64,000 bases of DNA, taken from IMG/VR virus record IMGVR_UViG_3300021958_010858, positions 2,982-66,981 of that record. The stretch is one strand, 5' to 3'. The DNA comes from a virus. Lineage: Duplodnaviria; Caudoviricetes. Shown here one piece after another: positions 1 through 8,753 of this stretch. Each line of letters opens with the position of its first letter. Positions within the stretch are counted from its first letter, which is position 1. The notes under the pieces were generated by a model. The model was not told the origin of the DNA, searched no databases, and saw only the letters and a list, made by a program, of their open reading frames with translations. The position numbers were made by a program, and so were the translations under genes.

Positions 1-64
1 GTAGGTCTAAGGACTGCCTAATGCAACCCTCAATAATTGAATATCCTTTTTTATCTTCTGACAT
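1..64 (-). CDS. hypothetical protein, 5' part only (MSEDKKGYSIIEGCIRQSLDL...), runs off the window
   Basis: ATG at 64 lies 6 nt downstream of a sigma70-like -10; frame open to the window edge. Confidence 0.5.
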   Translation of the reverse strand, partial: MSEDKKGYSIIEGCIRQSLDL

Positions 65-70
65 ATTTAT

Positions 71-99
71 ATTATCTCAAAATTTTTAGTTATTGTCAA
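71..99 (-). promoter_or_regulatory. sigma70-type promoter, likely leaderless transcript
   Basis: TTGACA-17 bp-GATAAT, then 6 nt to ATG. Confidence 0.6.
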
Positions 100-111
100 G
101 TCTAAATACAC

Positions 112-357
112 TTATTTAAAGTCCCTCAGCTTTGTTTTTTTAATAATTTCAGTTAATTCTTCTATTTGTTTTTTGTTTAATTTAGGTGTGGGGCAATCAT
201 TGGTAAACTTCCAAACTTTTCCTTGTCGGTCTAATCTCGCACTTTGTAGCATTATTTTATTATATATAGGATAGAGCCAAGATAAACAATTAAAATAAAG
301 CAAACGGCTAATAAAATCTCCAACATAATAAAGTATTTTACTTAATATCTGCTTCAT
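112..357 (-). CDS. hypothetical protein
   Basis: 81-aa ORF tiled in the minus-strand array. Confidence 0.55.
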   Translation of the reverse strand: MKQILSKILYYVGDFISRLLYFNCLSWLYPIYNKIMLQSARLDRQGKVWKFTNDCPTPKLNKKQIEELTEIIKKTKLRDFK

Positions 358-628
358 TTATTTTTTCTCTTACTGCTCTCTCGCAAAGCTCATTAAATGT
401 AATACCTTGTTCATGTGCAAACATCATATATTTTAACAAATCTTCTTCGGGGATGTCAAGATCAATCGACTCATATTTAACTTTTTTTATAATGAAACCT
501 CGGTCTTTTTCGACAAACTCTACCTCATCTCCCTCTTTCCACCCTAAACGATCAAGCATATCATCTGGTATGCGAAAAAATAATTCTCCATCTTCGTTTT
601 CTTTTATTTCAAATTCTCCTGTATTCAT
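338..628 (-). CDS. AbrB/MazE/SpoVT-family DNA-binding protein
   Basis: ELFFRIPDDMLDRLGWKEGDEVEF swapped-hairpin signature. Confidence 0.75.
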   Translation of the reverse strand: MNTGEFEIKENEDGELFFRIPDDMLDRLGWKEGDEVEFVEKDRGFIIKKVKYESIDLDIPEEDLLKYMMFAHEQGITFNELCERAVREKINEADIK

Positions 629-837
629 TTTTTTTGATAAAATTTTTCCAACGCTTCCATTCTATCAATCGCATCTGCCATCATGGAAAGTGCTTCTTCG
701 GCATTGTCGTAAAAATCTTTTGTCGAATGCTCTCCAACACCAACACCTTTTTCGTCAAGCAAGGTGAGGGTTAATTTTGCTTTATTTAAATCTGCTTCAG
801 CGGAGCTTTTTAACATATTATATAAATTAATATTCAT
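625..837 (-). CDS. small phage-type hypothetical protein
   Basis: 70 aa, VGVGEHS motif, start/stop overlap with neighbours. Confidence 0.6.
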   Translation of the reverse strand: MNINLYNMLKSSAEADLNKAKLTLTLLDEKGVGVGEHSTKDFYDNAEEALSMMADAIDRMEALEKFYQKK

Positions 838-1030
838 TTTTTATTTCTTTTATTTTTGATACGATGTTTTTTGCCTCTAAAACTGCACGATCAATATCTC
901 CACAATCCATAAAGAAAGACATTGACTTATTTGAAGTTTCCATAAAGTCTTTTTCTTCTTGGGTCATAGTTAAGGAATTCACATTAAGTTCGACCACTAT
1001 TTGTCTCGATAGTTCTAGTAATTCATCCAT
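827..1030 (-). CDS. hypothetical protein
   Basis: 67-aa tiled ORF. Confidence 0.55.
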   Translation of the reverse strand: MDELLELSRQIVVELNVNSLTMTQEEKDFMETSNKSMSFFMDCGDIDRAVLEAKNIVSKIKEIKNEY

Positions 1031-1037
1031 TTTTATT

Positions 1038-1244
1038 CTAATTTATTGTTTTTGTCCAAAACCCGCAAACACAAGGTTTGTTATCTTTTTGGTCTGCCCC
1101 ATCTCTGAAGCCTTTCTCATATGACTTGTTTGCGTTTTTTGATAAAATTTTTTCAAATTTTTTTGAAAGGTGTTCTTGTGCGTCTGCCCAACCTTGATCG
1201 TAACCTTTGCGAAAATTAATCTCTTCAGCCATCTGCTCTATCAT
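1038..1244 (-). CDS. hypothetical protein
   Basis: 68 aa with GYDQGW/GFRDG repeats of the kind common in phage small proteins. Confidence 0.55.
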   Translation of the reverse strand: MIEQMAEEINFRKGYDQGWADAQEHLSKKFEKILSKNANKSYEKGFRDGADQKDNKPCVCGFWTKTIN

Positions 1245-1407
1245 AATTTACTATTTCTTTGTATTGTGAAAAAAAATGCCCATAGTCTCTGTAGAAAAAA
1301 TTAAGCATTTCTATTGCTTTTAGCTTTTTGCCACAAACTACTGATTCTTTAAGGGTAGATGATTCTGCCTCTTTTAAAACTAATTTAAATGCTTCCTCTA
1401 AATTCAT
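1225..1407 (-). CDS. hypothetical protein
   Basis: 60-aa tiled ORF. Confidence 0.55.
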   Translation of the reverse strand: MNLEEAFKLVLKEAESSTLKESVVCGKKLKAIEMLNFFYRDYGHFFSQYKEIVNYDRADG

Positions 1408-1637
1408 GTCAAATTTTTGCCAAATTCTTGTTCCATTATATCTCTTCCAAAATCTTCGACATTAAAATTTTTATTTACCGAAATGGTCTGCAAAAATTTT
1501 AAAACTGATTTTCCTACTTCGTCGTGTACAGGAGAGAAGGTATAAGTCCATAAATCTTTATCGCTACCATATCCAAATTCAATCTTGATATGGCAATCGT
1601 CAATCATGTCTTCTTTATTTGAAATTGGGCATTTCAT
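1404..1637 (-). CDS. hypothetical protein
   Basis: 77-aa tiled ORF with ATGA overlaps. Confidence 0.55.
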   Translation of the reverse strand: MKCPISNKEDMIDDCHIKIEFGYGSDKDLWTYTFSPVHDEVGKSVLKFLQTISVNKNFNVEDFGRDIMEQEFGKNLT

Positions 1638-1852
1638 AGTATTTTCTTTTCTTTAATTAGGTTCTCAAAAATATTCCACATTTTTTGATAGCGAGTTTGA
1701 TTTAATTGCTTCATTCCTATTAACATATTAAGAAGTTCGTCTTCCGTATGTTTTATTGGGGAATCTCCGATTGCATATATTAGAGTTTCTATATCATTTT
1801 GGGTTGAAAGCATCTCTCCCATTGCTTCTTCTAAATCAAATCTATTATTCAT
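1634..1852 (-). CDS. small phage-type hypothetical protein
   Basis: RFDLEEAM...EDELLNMLIGM helical protein. Confidence 0.6.
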   Translation of the reverse strand: MNNRFDLEEAMGEMLSTQNDIETLIYAIGDSPIKHTEDELLNMLIGMKQLNQTRYQKMWNIFENLIKEKKIL

Positions 1853-2414
1853 GTATTATGTTTTTATATTGTTCAAATTTAACTATATAGCAATTCAGTA
1901 GAGAGTCAACAAAAATATCTTCAATAATTGCTTTTATTATTCTCCAACTACCTCCTGCAAGTCCACAAGAAATTCCGTAAGGTAAGCCTAATACTTGAGA
2001 CTCTCCTGTTTCATGCTGAATAAAAAGCAAATCTTCTTGCACTTCTTTTAATGCTTTCCAAAATATTTCGTAATTAACTTGCCTTTCATCTATACCCACA
2101 CTAGCTTGAGTATATAAATTGTAAATTCTTCCTTTGCCGTTTGCAATAAACTTACTTTCAATCTCGGCTTTTGAATATTTACCTAGCCAATGAATGTACT
2201 GACCATTTTTGTCGTATTCTTTATTGTAAGCCTCGGTATCCGCTTTATACGCTTCGGGATACCTGTTCTTTATCTGTAAAGCGATTCCTCCCCCCATAAT
2301 ATTTCTCGTATTACAAGAATGAGCAATGTTGTTTATTCCCAAATATTTGTTGGGGTCAGTTTTGCAATATGGTGGAAAATCTAAGAGATTGCCCTCTATC
2401 GTTTTAATATTCAT
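1845..2414 (-). CDS. macro-domain protein (ADP-ribose processing)
   Basis: EGNLL, IAHSCN, MGGGIALQIK and LGLPYGISCGLAGG motifs. Confidence 0.88.
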   Translation of the reverse strand: MNIKTIEGNLLDFPPYCKTDPNKYLGINNIAHSCNTRNIMGGGIALQIKNRYPEAYKADTEAYNKEYDKNGQYIHWLGKYSKAEIESKFIANGKGRIYNLYTQASVGIDERQVNYEIFWKALKEVQEDLLFIQHETGESQVLGLPYGISCGLAGGSWRIIKAIIEDIFVDSLLNCYIVKFEQYKNIIHE

Positions 2415-2661
2415 TTGTTTCTACGAAGTCACAAAGCCATGTAAGAAAATTTTCCAAATCATATACATACCTTTGGGGGTTTCCCTGTTTTAGCCAAAAG
2501 ATTCCTTGTTCGATTACTAACGCCATATGCTCTCTAACTTCTTCTAGACATTTTGTATTTAAATTTGATAATCCTTCGTCCATCATTAGGTTAATGTCCC
2601 CAATTAGGGCTTGAATTTGATCTGTTGAGTCTGGTTCTTCGTTCCAATTTGAGTTAAACAT
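2404..2661 (-). CDS. hypothetical protein
   Basis: 85-aa ORF with its own promoter. Confidence 0.6.
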   Translation of the reverse strand: MFNSNWNEEPDSTDQIQALIGDINLMMDEGLSNLNTKCLEEVREHMALVIEQGIFWLKQGNPQRYVYDLENFLTWLCDFVETNEY

Positions 2662-2667
2662 GGTGCT

Positions 2668-2696
2668 ATTATTTCATATTTTTATATTGATGTCAA
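2668..2696 (-). promoter_or_regulatory. sigma70-type promoter overlapping the ruvB stop codon
   Basis: TTGACA-17 bp-AATAAT, 6 nt to ATG 2661. Confidence 0.6.
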
Positions 2697-3625
2697 GCAA
2701 AAAGTTTGCACAACTCTAAGCCTTGAGATGTAATTTTTCTTTTGCCGTCAATTTCCATTAAATTTTTATTTAATAAATAAAGCTCGTGATCTCTTTGTAC
2801 TGCAGTTTTACTTAGACCAAGTTTTGCAGACAAACCTGTGAGGGTGAGCGACCTCTCTTGCAACGCAGAGAGTATCTGTTTTTCTGTGTAGCTAATTCCG
2901 AATGGCAAGATGCCAACATTATCTGCAAGGTCTTTAAAAGACTCTCTATTAAAATAAACCTTTTCTTTTGCACCGCAATATAAATTTATTTCTTTAGCTC
3001 TTTTTACTGCACTTCGGGCATTGTTTCTAACAGTAGAAGATATTTCTTCGATTACCCCTTCTTCAAAGATTACATCTGGAGAGCATAGTTTAATTATCTG
3101 TCCAAGCTCTTCATTTGTGTAAGGCTCAAAATCAATTGTAGTTAACCTGTCTTTTAGTGGGGGAAACATCTTGTCGCTTTCCGTAGTTGCAAATATAAAA
3201 GTTTGCTTCTTGAAGTTGAATTCAAAGGTTGCTTCGTTCCACTCAAAACTTTTTCGAGAATTTTTTTCCGTATTGAAAATTGTAAGAAATGCCATAGTTA
3301 GGTCAAGTGGAAGTGCGTGACACTCATCAAATAAAATTGTAATTTCATTGTCTGAAACTAATGGCATGAAAATTTGCTCGAAAAATTGTTCATTGTTTTT
3401 GATTGTCGAACAATTTAATTCTAAAAAACTTCGCTTGTCTCCATCTTTGTTTAATAGGTTTTTTGCGAAAGATTTTGCAAATTCAGTTTTGCCTAAGCCT
3501 TTTGCCCCAATTAAATTTAAAAATGGGCACATTTCTGTTTTATGAAATGCATCTAAGTAGAAACTTAGTTTCTTTTTTACCGCGTTTTGACCGACTAAAT
3601 CGGGAAAATAGTTTATATCATTCAT
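2693..3625 (-). CDS. ruvB: Holliday junction branch-migration AAA+ ATPase RuvB
   Basis: Walker A GAKGLGKT, Walker B ILFDECH, FATT sensor I, PPLKDRL Arg finger, C-terminal winged helix. Confidence 0.85.
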   Translation of the reverse strand: MNDINYFPDLVGQNAVKKKLSFYLDAFHKTEMCPFLNLIGAKGLGKTEFAKSFAKNLLNKDGDKRSFLELNCSTIKNNEQFFEQIFMPLVSDNEITILFDECHALPLDLTMAFLTIFNTEKNSRKSFEWNEATFEFNFKKQTFIFATTESDKMFPPLKDRLTTIDFEPYTNEELGQIIKLCSPDVIFEEGVIEEISSTVRNNARSAVKRAKEINLYCGAKEKVYFNRESFKDLADNVGILPFGISYTEKQILSALQERSLTLTGLSAKLGLSKTAVQRDHELYLLNKNLMEIDGKRKITSQGLELCKLFA

Positions 3626-3836
3626 TTAGATCAATTAGTTTGTATTCTATTTTTTGTTCTACCTCTTGAGGTTGAACCTCTTTTCTTTCGTATACTGGAA
3701 GTGTTTCTTTCGTTAGCGACTCTAACCAAGTCCTGCTGACTTTTACCAAAGCCAATCTTCCAACATAATCTCCAAGTTCTTCATAGCTCATCTCCACATA
3801 AGGGGAGTATCCTTTTGGTCTGCCTTTTTTCATCAT
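3618..3836 (-). CDS. hypothetical protein with N-terminal AT-hook-like KGRPKG
   Basis: ORF track 3618-3854; ATG 3836 preferred because it is 6 nt after the -10. Confidence 0.55.
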   Translation of the reverse strand: MMKKGRPKGYSPYVEMSYEELGDYVGRLALVKVSRTWLESLTKETLPVYERKEVQPQEVEQKIEYKLIDLNE

Positions 3837-3842
3837 GCCTAT

Positions 3843-3871
3843 ATTATGAGGCACGAATCTCGATTTGTCAA
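3843..3871 (-). promoter_or_regulatory. sigma70-type promoter
   Basis: TTGACA-17 bp-CATAAT, 6 nt to ATG 3836. Confidence 0.6.
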
Positions 3872-4080
3872 GAACTTTTTTTAAAAAAGATTTTTTCTGC
3901 CGTTTGGTCTATGCCGTAGACATCCTTCCAATCCTCTTGGAAGAATTTTTCATTTGCTTGGTATTCTTCGTCTAATTTGAGGATTGCGTATTCTAGTAAA
4001 TCATCTAAACTCCATGTAGAAACGCAATCCGCAGATAGTTTCTCTCTATTTTCTCGATTATTTGGTGGAATATCACTCAT
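3868..4080 (-). CDS. hypothetical protein
   Basis: 70-aa tiled ORF. Confidence 0.55.
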   Translation of the reverse strand: MSDIPPNNRENREKLSADCVSTWSLDDLLEYAILKLDEEYQANEKFFQEDWKDVYGIDQTAEKIFFKKSS

Positions 4081-4378
4081 AATTTGGTTTCCAATATATA
4101 TTTGAAAACAAAACTAACTCAACTTCATTGCCGTTATCAATATCCACGCCAACTGGATCGCCTTCTTCGACTAATTCATCTGTAACTTTGTAATAAAATT
4201 CTTCTTCGTCTGTTGCACATAAAATATCTAAACTAGATGTTTTCATAATAATGTCTTTTTTTGTTGAGTGAAAGCTCCATGAACTAGTTCCTTCCCAAAG
4301 AGCCTTTTGCTTGTAAGGGAGAGAGGAGAGCCAATTGAAAGGTGGCTTGGTGATGTCTTTAGCTTCTTTTTTATTCAT
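4073..4378 (-). CDS. hypothetical protein
   Basis: 101-aa tiled ORF. Confidence 0.55.
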   Translation of the reverse strand: MNKKEAKDITKPPFNWLSSLPYKQKALWEGTSSWSFHSTKKDIIMKTSSLDILCATDEEEFYYKVTDELVEEGDPVGVDIDNGNEVELVLFSNIYWKPNYE

Positions 4379-4538
4379 TATTTATTGATCCTGTAACGAT
4401 TTCCTCTATTATGTTATTTACATGGGGCTGAATTGCATCGCAAAGATCTTTTGTTAGGATTTCTCTGTATGCTTCGCTTGCCATATTTGGTTGAAGGTCT
4501 TTCCACTTTTCTAGTACATTAAGTATTGTTTCTCTCAT
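4371..4538 (-). CDS. small hypothetical protein (55 aa, not in ORF track)
   Basis: MRETILNVLEKWKDLQPNMASE...SINNE*, fills the gap exactly. Confidence 0.55.
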   Translation of the reverse strand: MRETILNVLEKWKDLQPNMASEAYREILTKDLCDAIQPHVNNIIEEIVTGSINNE

Positions 4539-4561
4539 AGTAACTTATAATATATGGTTTG

Positions 4562-4843
4562 TCAAGTTTTTATTTTCTTTCTGCATTCCCAATTTGATCG
4601 CATCATTTCCTTTTGCCTCCTAAGTTCGTTTCCCGCTCCTTGTAGAGTGGCAATAGCTTTCTCTTCAGTCATTTTATCATTAAGGACTTGTGTGACACAA
4701 ATCTGCACTTCTCTTGCGGTAAGTCGATAGGGAAAGTTCCTGCAAAGAAACTTATAAAACTTGCCACTTATCTTGCCGTGCTTTAATTTCTTGTGCAAAA
4801 ATCTTCTGTAATTGCAATTTTTAGTATTATGTAGCGTTTTCAT
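4562..4843 (-). CDS. basic hypothetical protein
   Basis: 93-aa tiled ORF. Confidence 0.55.
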   Translation of the reverse strand: MKTLHNTKNCNYRRFLHKKLKHGKISGKFYKFLCRNFPYRLTAREVQICVTQVLNDKMTEEKAIATLQGAGNELRRQKEMMRSNWECRKKIKT

Positions 4844-5280
4844 TCTTCACTATCTTTTATTTGATCAATTTCTTTTTCTACTTCTTTTGCGAATTCTCTG
4901 TCTGCCTCAATTCTCCATTCTGAGCCTTCTGGATATTCTGGAATGTAAGCCCAGTGAGTTACATCTCCTGTTAGAAAACCATATTCACAACCAAAAACAT
5001 GATTGTTTTCAGAGGGATACTCTTCGTCTCTTCCGTAATAAAAACCCGCCCAAACGCCCGTTCCTTCAAAAAAATAAAGTAATCTCCTGCCTTTTCGGGG
5101 TAATTCGTCTTCTATATCTATCCATTTATTTTGCGAAAAAAGTCCTTCAGTTAAGTCTTCCACTATATTAAGTGCATAATTGGTTCCACTATCGTATCCG
5201 TCTGCAAAGCCTTCTTTGTAAGCCTCTTCTTCTTTTAGGTTTTTCTGCGAATCGTCTTCGTTATTTAATATTCTAATCAT
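4840..5280 (-). CDS. DUF551-like phage protein
   Basis: KWIDIEDELP...VTHWAYIPEYP signature. Confidence 0.7.
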   Translation of the reverse strand: MIRILNNEDDSQKNLKEEEAYKEGFADGYDSGTNYALNIVEDLTEGLFSQNKWIDIEDELPRKGRRLLYFFEGTGVWAGFYYGRDEEYPSENNHVFGCEYGFLTGDVTHWAYIPEYPEGSEWRIEADREFAKEVEKEIDQIKDSEE

Positions 5281-5452
5281 TAATTTGTTTGAATTTATTT
5301 ATCCAATGCTCGACATCATTTAACTCTTCTTTTATTTTATGTAAATTATTTTTATCTAATTTATTTACTGAATGTAAGAGTTCTACTGATAGTTCATTCA
5401 GCTCTTCTGTTAGCTTTAGGTATATTTTTTTTTGTTTTTCAGAAAGCTTCAT
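5273..5452 (-). CDS. 59-aa protein with MazG-like acidic pattern (not in ORF track)
   Basis: KLTEELNEL...IKEELNDV, i.e. EExxE/EExxD pattern. Confidence 0.4.
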   Translation of the reverse strand: MKLSEKQKKIYLKLTEELNELSVELLHSVNKLDKNNLHKIKEELNDVEHWINKFKQIND

Positions 5453-5489
5453 AAATATGATTTATTCAACTTAATTAATAAATCAAGTA

Positions 5490-5993
5490 TTATTGTAAAT
5501 AACTTTTTGAAATCACTCTTTCTGCCTCTTTTTTTTCGTACCAATCAAAAACTTCAACCTTTTTATTAATTAAATCTTTATAGTGGGAAAAGAAGTTTTT
5601 GCAAATATTTAGAAAGGCGGGATCTATGTCGTCTAGAGATTTGTAATCTTTTATGTGTGAAATTGGGACTGCGAGAATTTTATAGTCTCTGTATCCATCG
5701 TCAATCATATCTAATACTCCCAAAACCCTACACTCTACAATTGTTCCTGTTTGAATTGGCATGGCATTGTAAACAAGTACATCTAATGCGTCTTTATCTT
5801 CGCATAATGTATTGGGAATAAACCCATATGAAGCTGGGTAAACCATTGCACTCAAGAGGCTTCTGTCATATTTGAATAAATCGAATTCGGGTTCGTATTC
5901 ATATTTAACATTTGTATCTTTTGGTATTTCAATTACCGCCCAAATTTTATTGGGAGATTCTTTATGTGCGGGTATTTTATAAGGACTAATCAT
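5490..5993 (-). CDS. ppa: inorganic pyrophosphatase (family I)
   Basis: EIPKD..KYE, YPASYGFIPNT, DKDALDVLV, DDGYRDYKILAV. Confidence 0.93.
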   Translation of the reverse strand: MISPYKIPAHKESPNKIWAVIEIPKDTNVKYEYEPEFDLFKYDRSLLSAMVYPASYGFIPNTLCEDKDALDVLVYNAMPIQTGTIVECRVLGVLDMIDDGYRDYKILAVPISHIKDYKSLDDIDPAFLNICKNFFSHYKDLINKKVEVFDWYEKKEAERVISKSYLQ

Positions 5994-6429
5994 TCTCTTT
6001 TATAGCTTCTTTTAATTTATTTCTCTCTTCTGAAACTTGTTGGTTTGAAAAGCCCCAAAAAGTTATTTCCCATAAAATGTGTGCAAGACATTCTTCTTTG
6101 GATAATTTATTTGGTTTTTTAACCTTCATATTTATAAGCTCTGTCCAATCTATAAAATCAAGAGAATAGATTTCGTCTTCGCTCTCATCATGCATACATA
6201 CATCTATAAATGACTCTTCTTCGTTTTCTGCGGGTACTTCTACTAAATATATCCATAGATTTGGTTGATCGCACCCCTCTAGTTTATTTAGCTCAGTCCA
6301 TGCTCCCCAAAATTTTAAATCAAAATTCTGTTTTTCGCTCAAAGTCTTATCTTTGAGAAATGAATTGTGAATTTCGTTGAAAGTTTTTTTGTAGGAAGAT
6401 TCTTTGAGTAATTCCTTTAATGTTTTCAT
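5986..6429 (-). CDS. conserved hypothetical protein
   Basis: 147 aa with LAHILWEITFWGF motif. Confidence 0.6.
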   Translation of the reverse strand: MKTLKELLKESSYKKTFNEIHNSFLKDKTLSEKQNFDLKFWGAWTELNKLEGCDQPNLWIYLVEVPAENEEESFIDVCMHDESEDEIYSLDFIDWTELINMKVKKPNKLSKEECLAHILWEITFWGFSNQQVSEERNKLKEAIKEND

Positions 6430-6445
6430 GTACTATGATATGGTG

Positions 6446-6631
6446 TCAATTATCTTTTTCTATAAAATCTCTAACAAATTTTTCTGCCTCTACAAAAGCT
6501 TCGGGGTGATATTTTTTACACCACTCAAGAACCCATTGTTTTACATATATGTTTACTAAATCTTCTGTGTCAATGTTTATGCTATATTTGAATTTTTTTT
6601 CATTCATATTTTTTGTTATAGTATCTGACAT
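6446..6631 (-). CDS. hypothetical protein
   Basis: 61-aa ORF; start uncertain. Confidence 0.5.
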   Translation of the reverse strand: MSDTITKNMNEKKFKYSINIDTEDLVNIYVKQWVLEWCKKYHPEAFVEAEKFVRDFIEKDN

Positions 6632-7253
6632 TTCCGTGCCATGGAATTTTATCCATATTTAGTTCTTCATTATTTAGATATTTTTCGCTTATTCTAAAAT
6701 TGTTTTTAATTAAAAAATCGTGAAGTTCCGCAAACAAAACTCCCCCTTTATAAGTTTCTTTATCTTTTGTTATCTCTGTTTCAATTTTTTTTGCATTAGA
6801 TAGATAATCTCCAAAGCCTTTTAGGGCTTTTAATTCTGCCCCCTGTACGTCTAAAATCAAATCAAAAGTCAAATTGGTCCACCCATGCTCTTCTAAAATG
6901 GTAGATATTTTTTCGGAAGTTAAAGATAATCTAGCTTTTGGTCTTCTAGATACCGAGCGAAAAAACTTTTTTCCTGGCTCAAAAATAGAAGATGATTGTC
7001 CATCTCTCCTTAAAATATTAAAGATATATTCTTTTTCGTCGTCAGATACAAGTTTATTCAAGGCAACGAAAGAAGTGTTGTGCTTTTTGTTGCATATATT
7101 TAAGTTGTGTTTTAATTTTTCGAATACATTAGGTATAGCTTCGATAAATAAACCTTTTTCATAAGATGTAATCTGCTTGACTTCAAGCTCTTTAAGGGGC
7201 ATTTCGTTTGCCCCAACGAATAATATGTTTACCTCTTTTGCAGTTGTTCCCAT
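6600..7253 (-). CDS. FkbM-family SAM methyltransferase
   Basis: VGANE, FIEAIP, LILDVQGAELKALKG, IETEI. Confidence 0.85.
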   Translation of the reverse strand: MGTTAKEVNILFVGANEMPLKELEVKQITSYEKGLFIEAIPNVFEKLKHNLNICNKKHNTSFVALNKLVSDDEKEYIFNILRRDGQSSSIFEPGKKFFRSVSRRPKARLSLTSEKISTILEEHGWTNLTFDLILDVQGAELKALKGFGDYLSNAKKIETEITKDKETYKGGVLFAELHDFLIKNNFRISEKYLNNEELNMDKIPWHGNVRYYNKKYE

Positions 7254-7630
7254 GTTACTGAATTTGAATTAGAGAGGTATTCTTTAACAAACCTTGGTTC
7301 AAGCCACCCTTTGTGTATATTTCTCGGGTCAATTGGTGGAATATTTTCTACTCCAATTCTTGACACAATTGCCGCCAACGCTTTTTTGTCTGGACTCTTT
7401 ATATACATGCCGTTAATCCATAATACATAGGGCATATATCCGTCTACATCGAAAGGGGGAGGAACACTATTAATTTCTATCAATAAAGGGGGTTCATTGA
7501 GAGGCTGTTTGCCTTCAAGGTCGTGTCGAACAGTATTCGTAGTTTCTTTAGAAATTTTCGTGGATATAGGGGGTGTCGCTGTAGTGCATCCACAAAGCAG
7601 ATAAAAGGCGAGTAATAGGTTGGTTTTCAT
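7229..7630 (-). CDS. putative lipoprotein
   Basis: MKTNLLLAFYLLCGC signal with lipobox. Confidence 0.55.
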   Translation of the reverse strand: MKTNLLLAFYLLCGCTTATPPISTKISKETTNTVRHDLEGKQPLNEPPLLIEINSVPPPFDVDGYMPYVLWINGMYIKSPDKKALAAIVSRIGVENIPPIDPRNIHKGWLEPRFVKEYLSNSNSVTWEQLQKR

Positions 7631-7797
7631 AGAAATTTATGAAAAATATTTAATTCGTTTTGCCCTAGGTATTTACACATATATGAACAAAACTCCGCAA
7701 CTCTATGCAAAGTCCATCTTTCTTTTCTGATTAGATCTCCGACCTGCGTGTATTTTCCATCTCGCCACATCTCTGTTAATTGTAGGAAGTCGGTCAT
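7627..7797 (-). CDS. small hypothetical protein (56 aa, not in ORF track)
   Basis: MTDFLQLTEMWRDGKY...HKFL*, ATGA overlaps on both sides. Confidence 0.6.
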   Translation of the reverse strand: MTDFLQLTEMWRDGKYTQVGDLIRKERWTLHRVAEFCSYMCKYLGQNELNIFHKFL

Positions 7798-7985
7798 GCT
7801 TCAGCCCCTTCTTCTTTTACTTCAAGTACAGTTAAGTCTTCGTTATTTTTGCCAAAAACCTCTTCCCATGCTAAATCCCACGCTTCATCTTCGCTTGGGG
7901 CTTGTACGGAAAAAGATGAAAGGCCAGTGCTTCCAACTAAAGATGCTTCGTACCAATTTTTTTGAGTTACAGTATATGTTTTCAT
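7794..7985 (-). CDS. hypothetical protein
   Basis: 63-aa tiled ORF. Confidence 0.55.
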   Translation of the reverse strand: MKTYTVTQKNWYEASLVGSTGLSSFSVQAPSEDEAWDLAWEEVFGKNNEDLTVLEVKEEGAEA

Positions 7986-8164
7986 GGTTCTATAATAGAC
8001 CCTTTTTGATTATTTGTCAAGGGTTTTTCTTGCTTTTTTTGTTTTTGCTTGTTTTCTGTCGGTGGCTTTAGTTTTGACCTATTATTGAGTTTTCTATCCC
8101 TTCTTTCCCATTTTTCCTCTACATCATCTAGGTATTCATCAAGATCTGATACATTAATCTTCAT
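7982..8164 (-). CDS. hypothetical protein
   Basis: 60-aa tiled ORF. Confidence 0.55.
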   Translation of the reverse strand: MKINVSDLDEYLDDVEEKWERRDRKLNNRSKLKPPTENKQKQKKQEKPLTNNQKGSIIEP

Positions 8165-8523
8165 TTTATTCTAATTTCCTTCCAATTAACCTTATTGTTT
8201 TTTATTAAATCTTTAATTTCTTTTTGTTTTTTTGATAGGCGAGCATTGCCGCTTTTTATTTCAACAAAAACAATTTCATCTTTTTCAAATACTAAATAAT
8301 CTATTGGTTGGCCTAGGAATGTCGCATTCTGTGGATTATATTTAAAGTGTTCTAGGAATGGAGCAATTTTTTCTGCTATTTGCCCCGTTATAACTTCACT
8401 ACTTTTCTTTTGTGATAAAACTTTACTTTTCTCTAGGTTTAGAGTTGCGCAGGTTTTATTTAATTTTAAGCAGTAAACTACTAAACACAAACATAATGCA
8501 GAAAGTATTGTCGTCCACTCCAT
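8161..8523 (-). CDS. Holliday junction resolvase-like endonuclease (Endonuc_Holl type) with N-terminal TM helix
   Basis: GQIAEKIAPFL, FLGQPIDYLVF, FVEIKSG (PD-(D/E)XK). Confidence 0.8.
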   Translation of the reverse strand: MEWTTILSALCLCLVVYCLKLNKTCATLNLEKSKVLSQKKSSEVITGQIAEKIAPFLEHFKYNPQNATFLGQPIDYLVFEKDEIVFVEIKSGNARLSKKQKEIKDLIKNNKVNWKEIRIK

Positions 8524-8753
8524 TAAGCTCTAGCCAAAGAAACTATTCTATCATGCCTAAAAGACCTAACCTCTTCCCTTCCGAAACAATAAGCTTTAAA
8601 TCCTATATTTCTCCTATTCTCGCTTACGTTTCCGAAAGATGCTCTTAGGTCAGGCTTACTGATTTCGTATGTTTTAATTTCGCTATCCTCATTTCTGTAT
8701 ACCAGAAAATAAGTTTCTTCGTTACTGTATTCTTCTTTTTCCATATTATTCAT
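8523..8753 (-). CDS. minimal WYL-like domain protein
   Basis: FKAYCFGREEVRSFRHDRIVSL, the R-x-F-R-x-D-R-I signature. Confidence 0.55.
   Translation of the reverse strand: MNNMEKEEYSNEETYFLVYRNEDSEIKTYEISKPDLRASFGNVSENRRNIGFKAYCFGREEVRSFRHDRIVSLARA

Noticed and set aside
4537-4565. TTGACA-17-TACTAT as the promoter for the 55-aa ORF
   Set aside because: The -10 would overlap that ORF's own ATG, so it cannot serve it as drawn; left unannotated.
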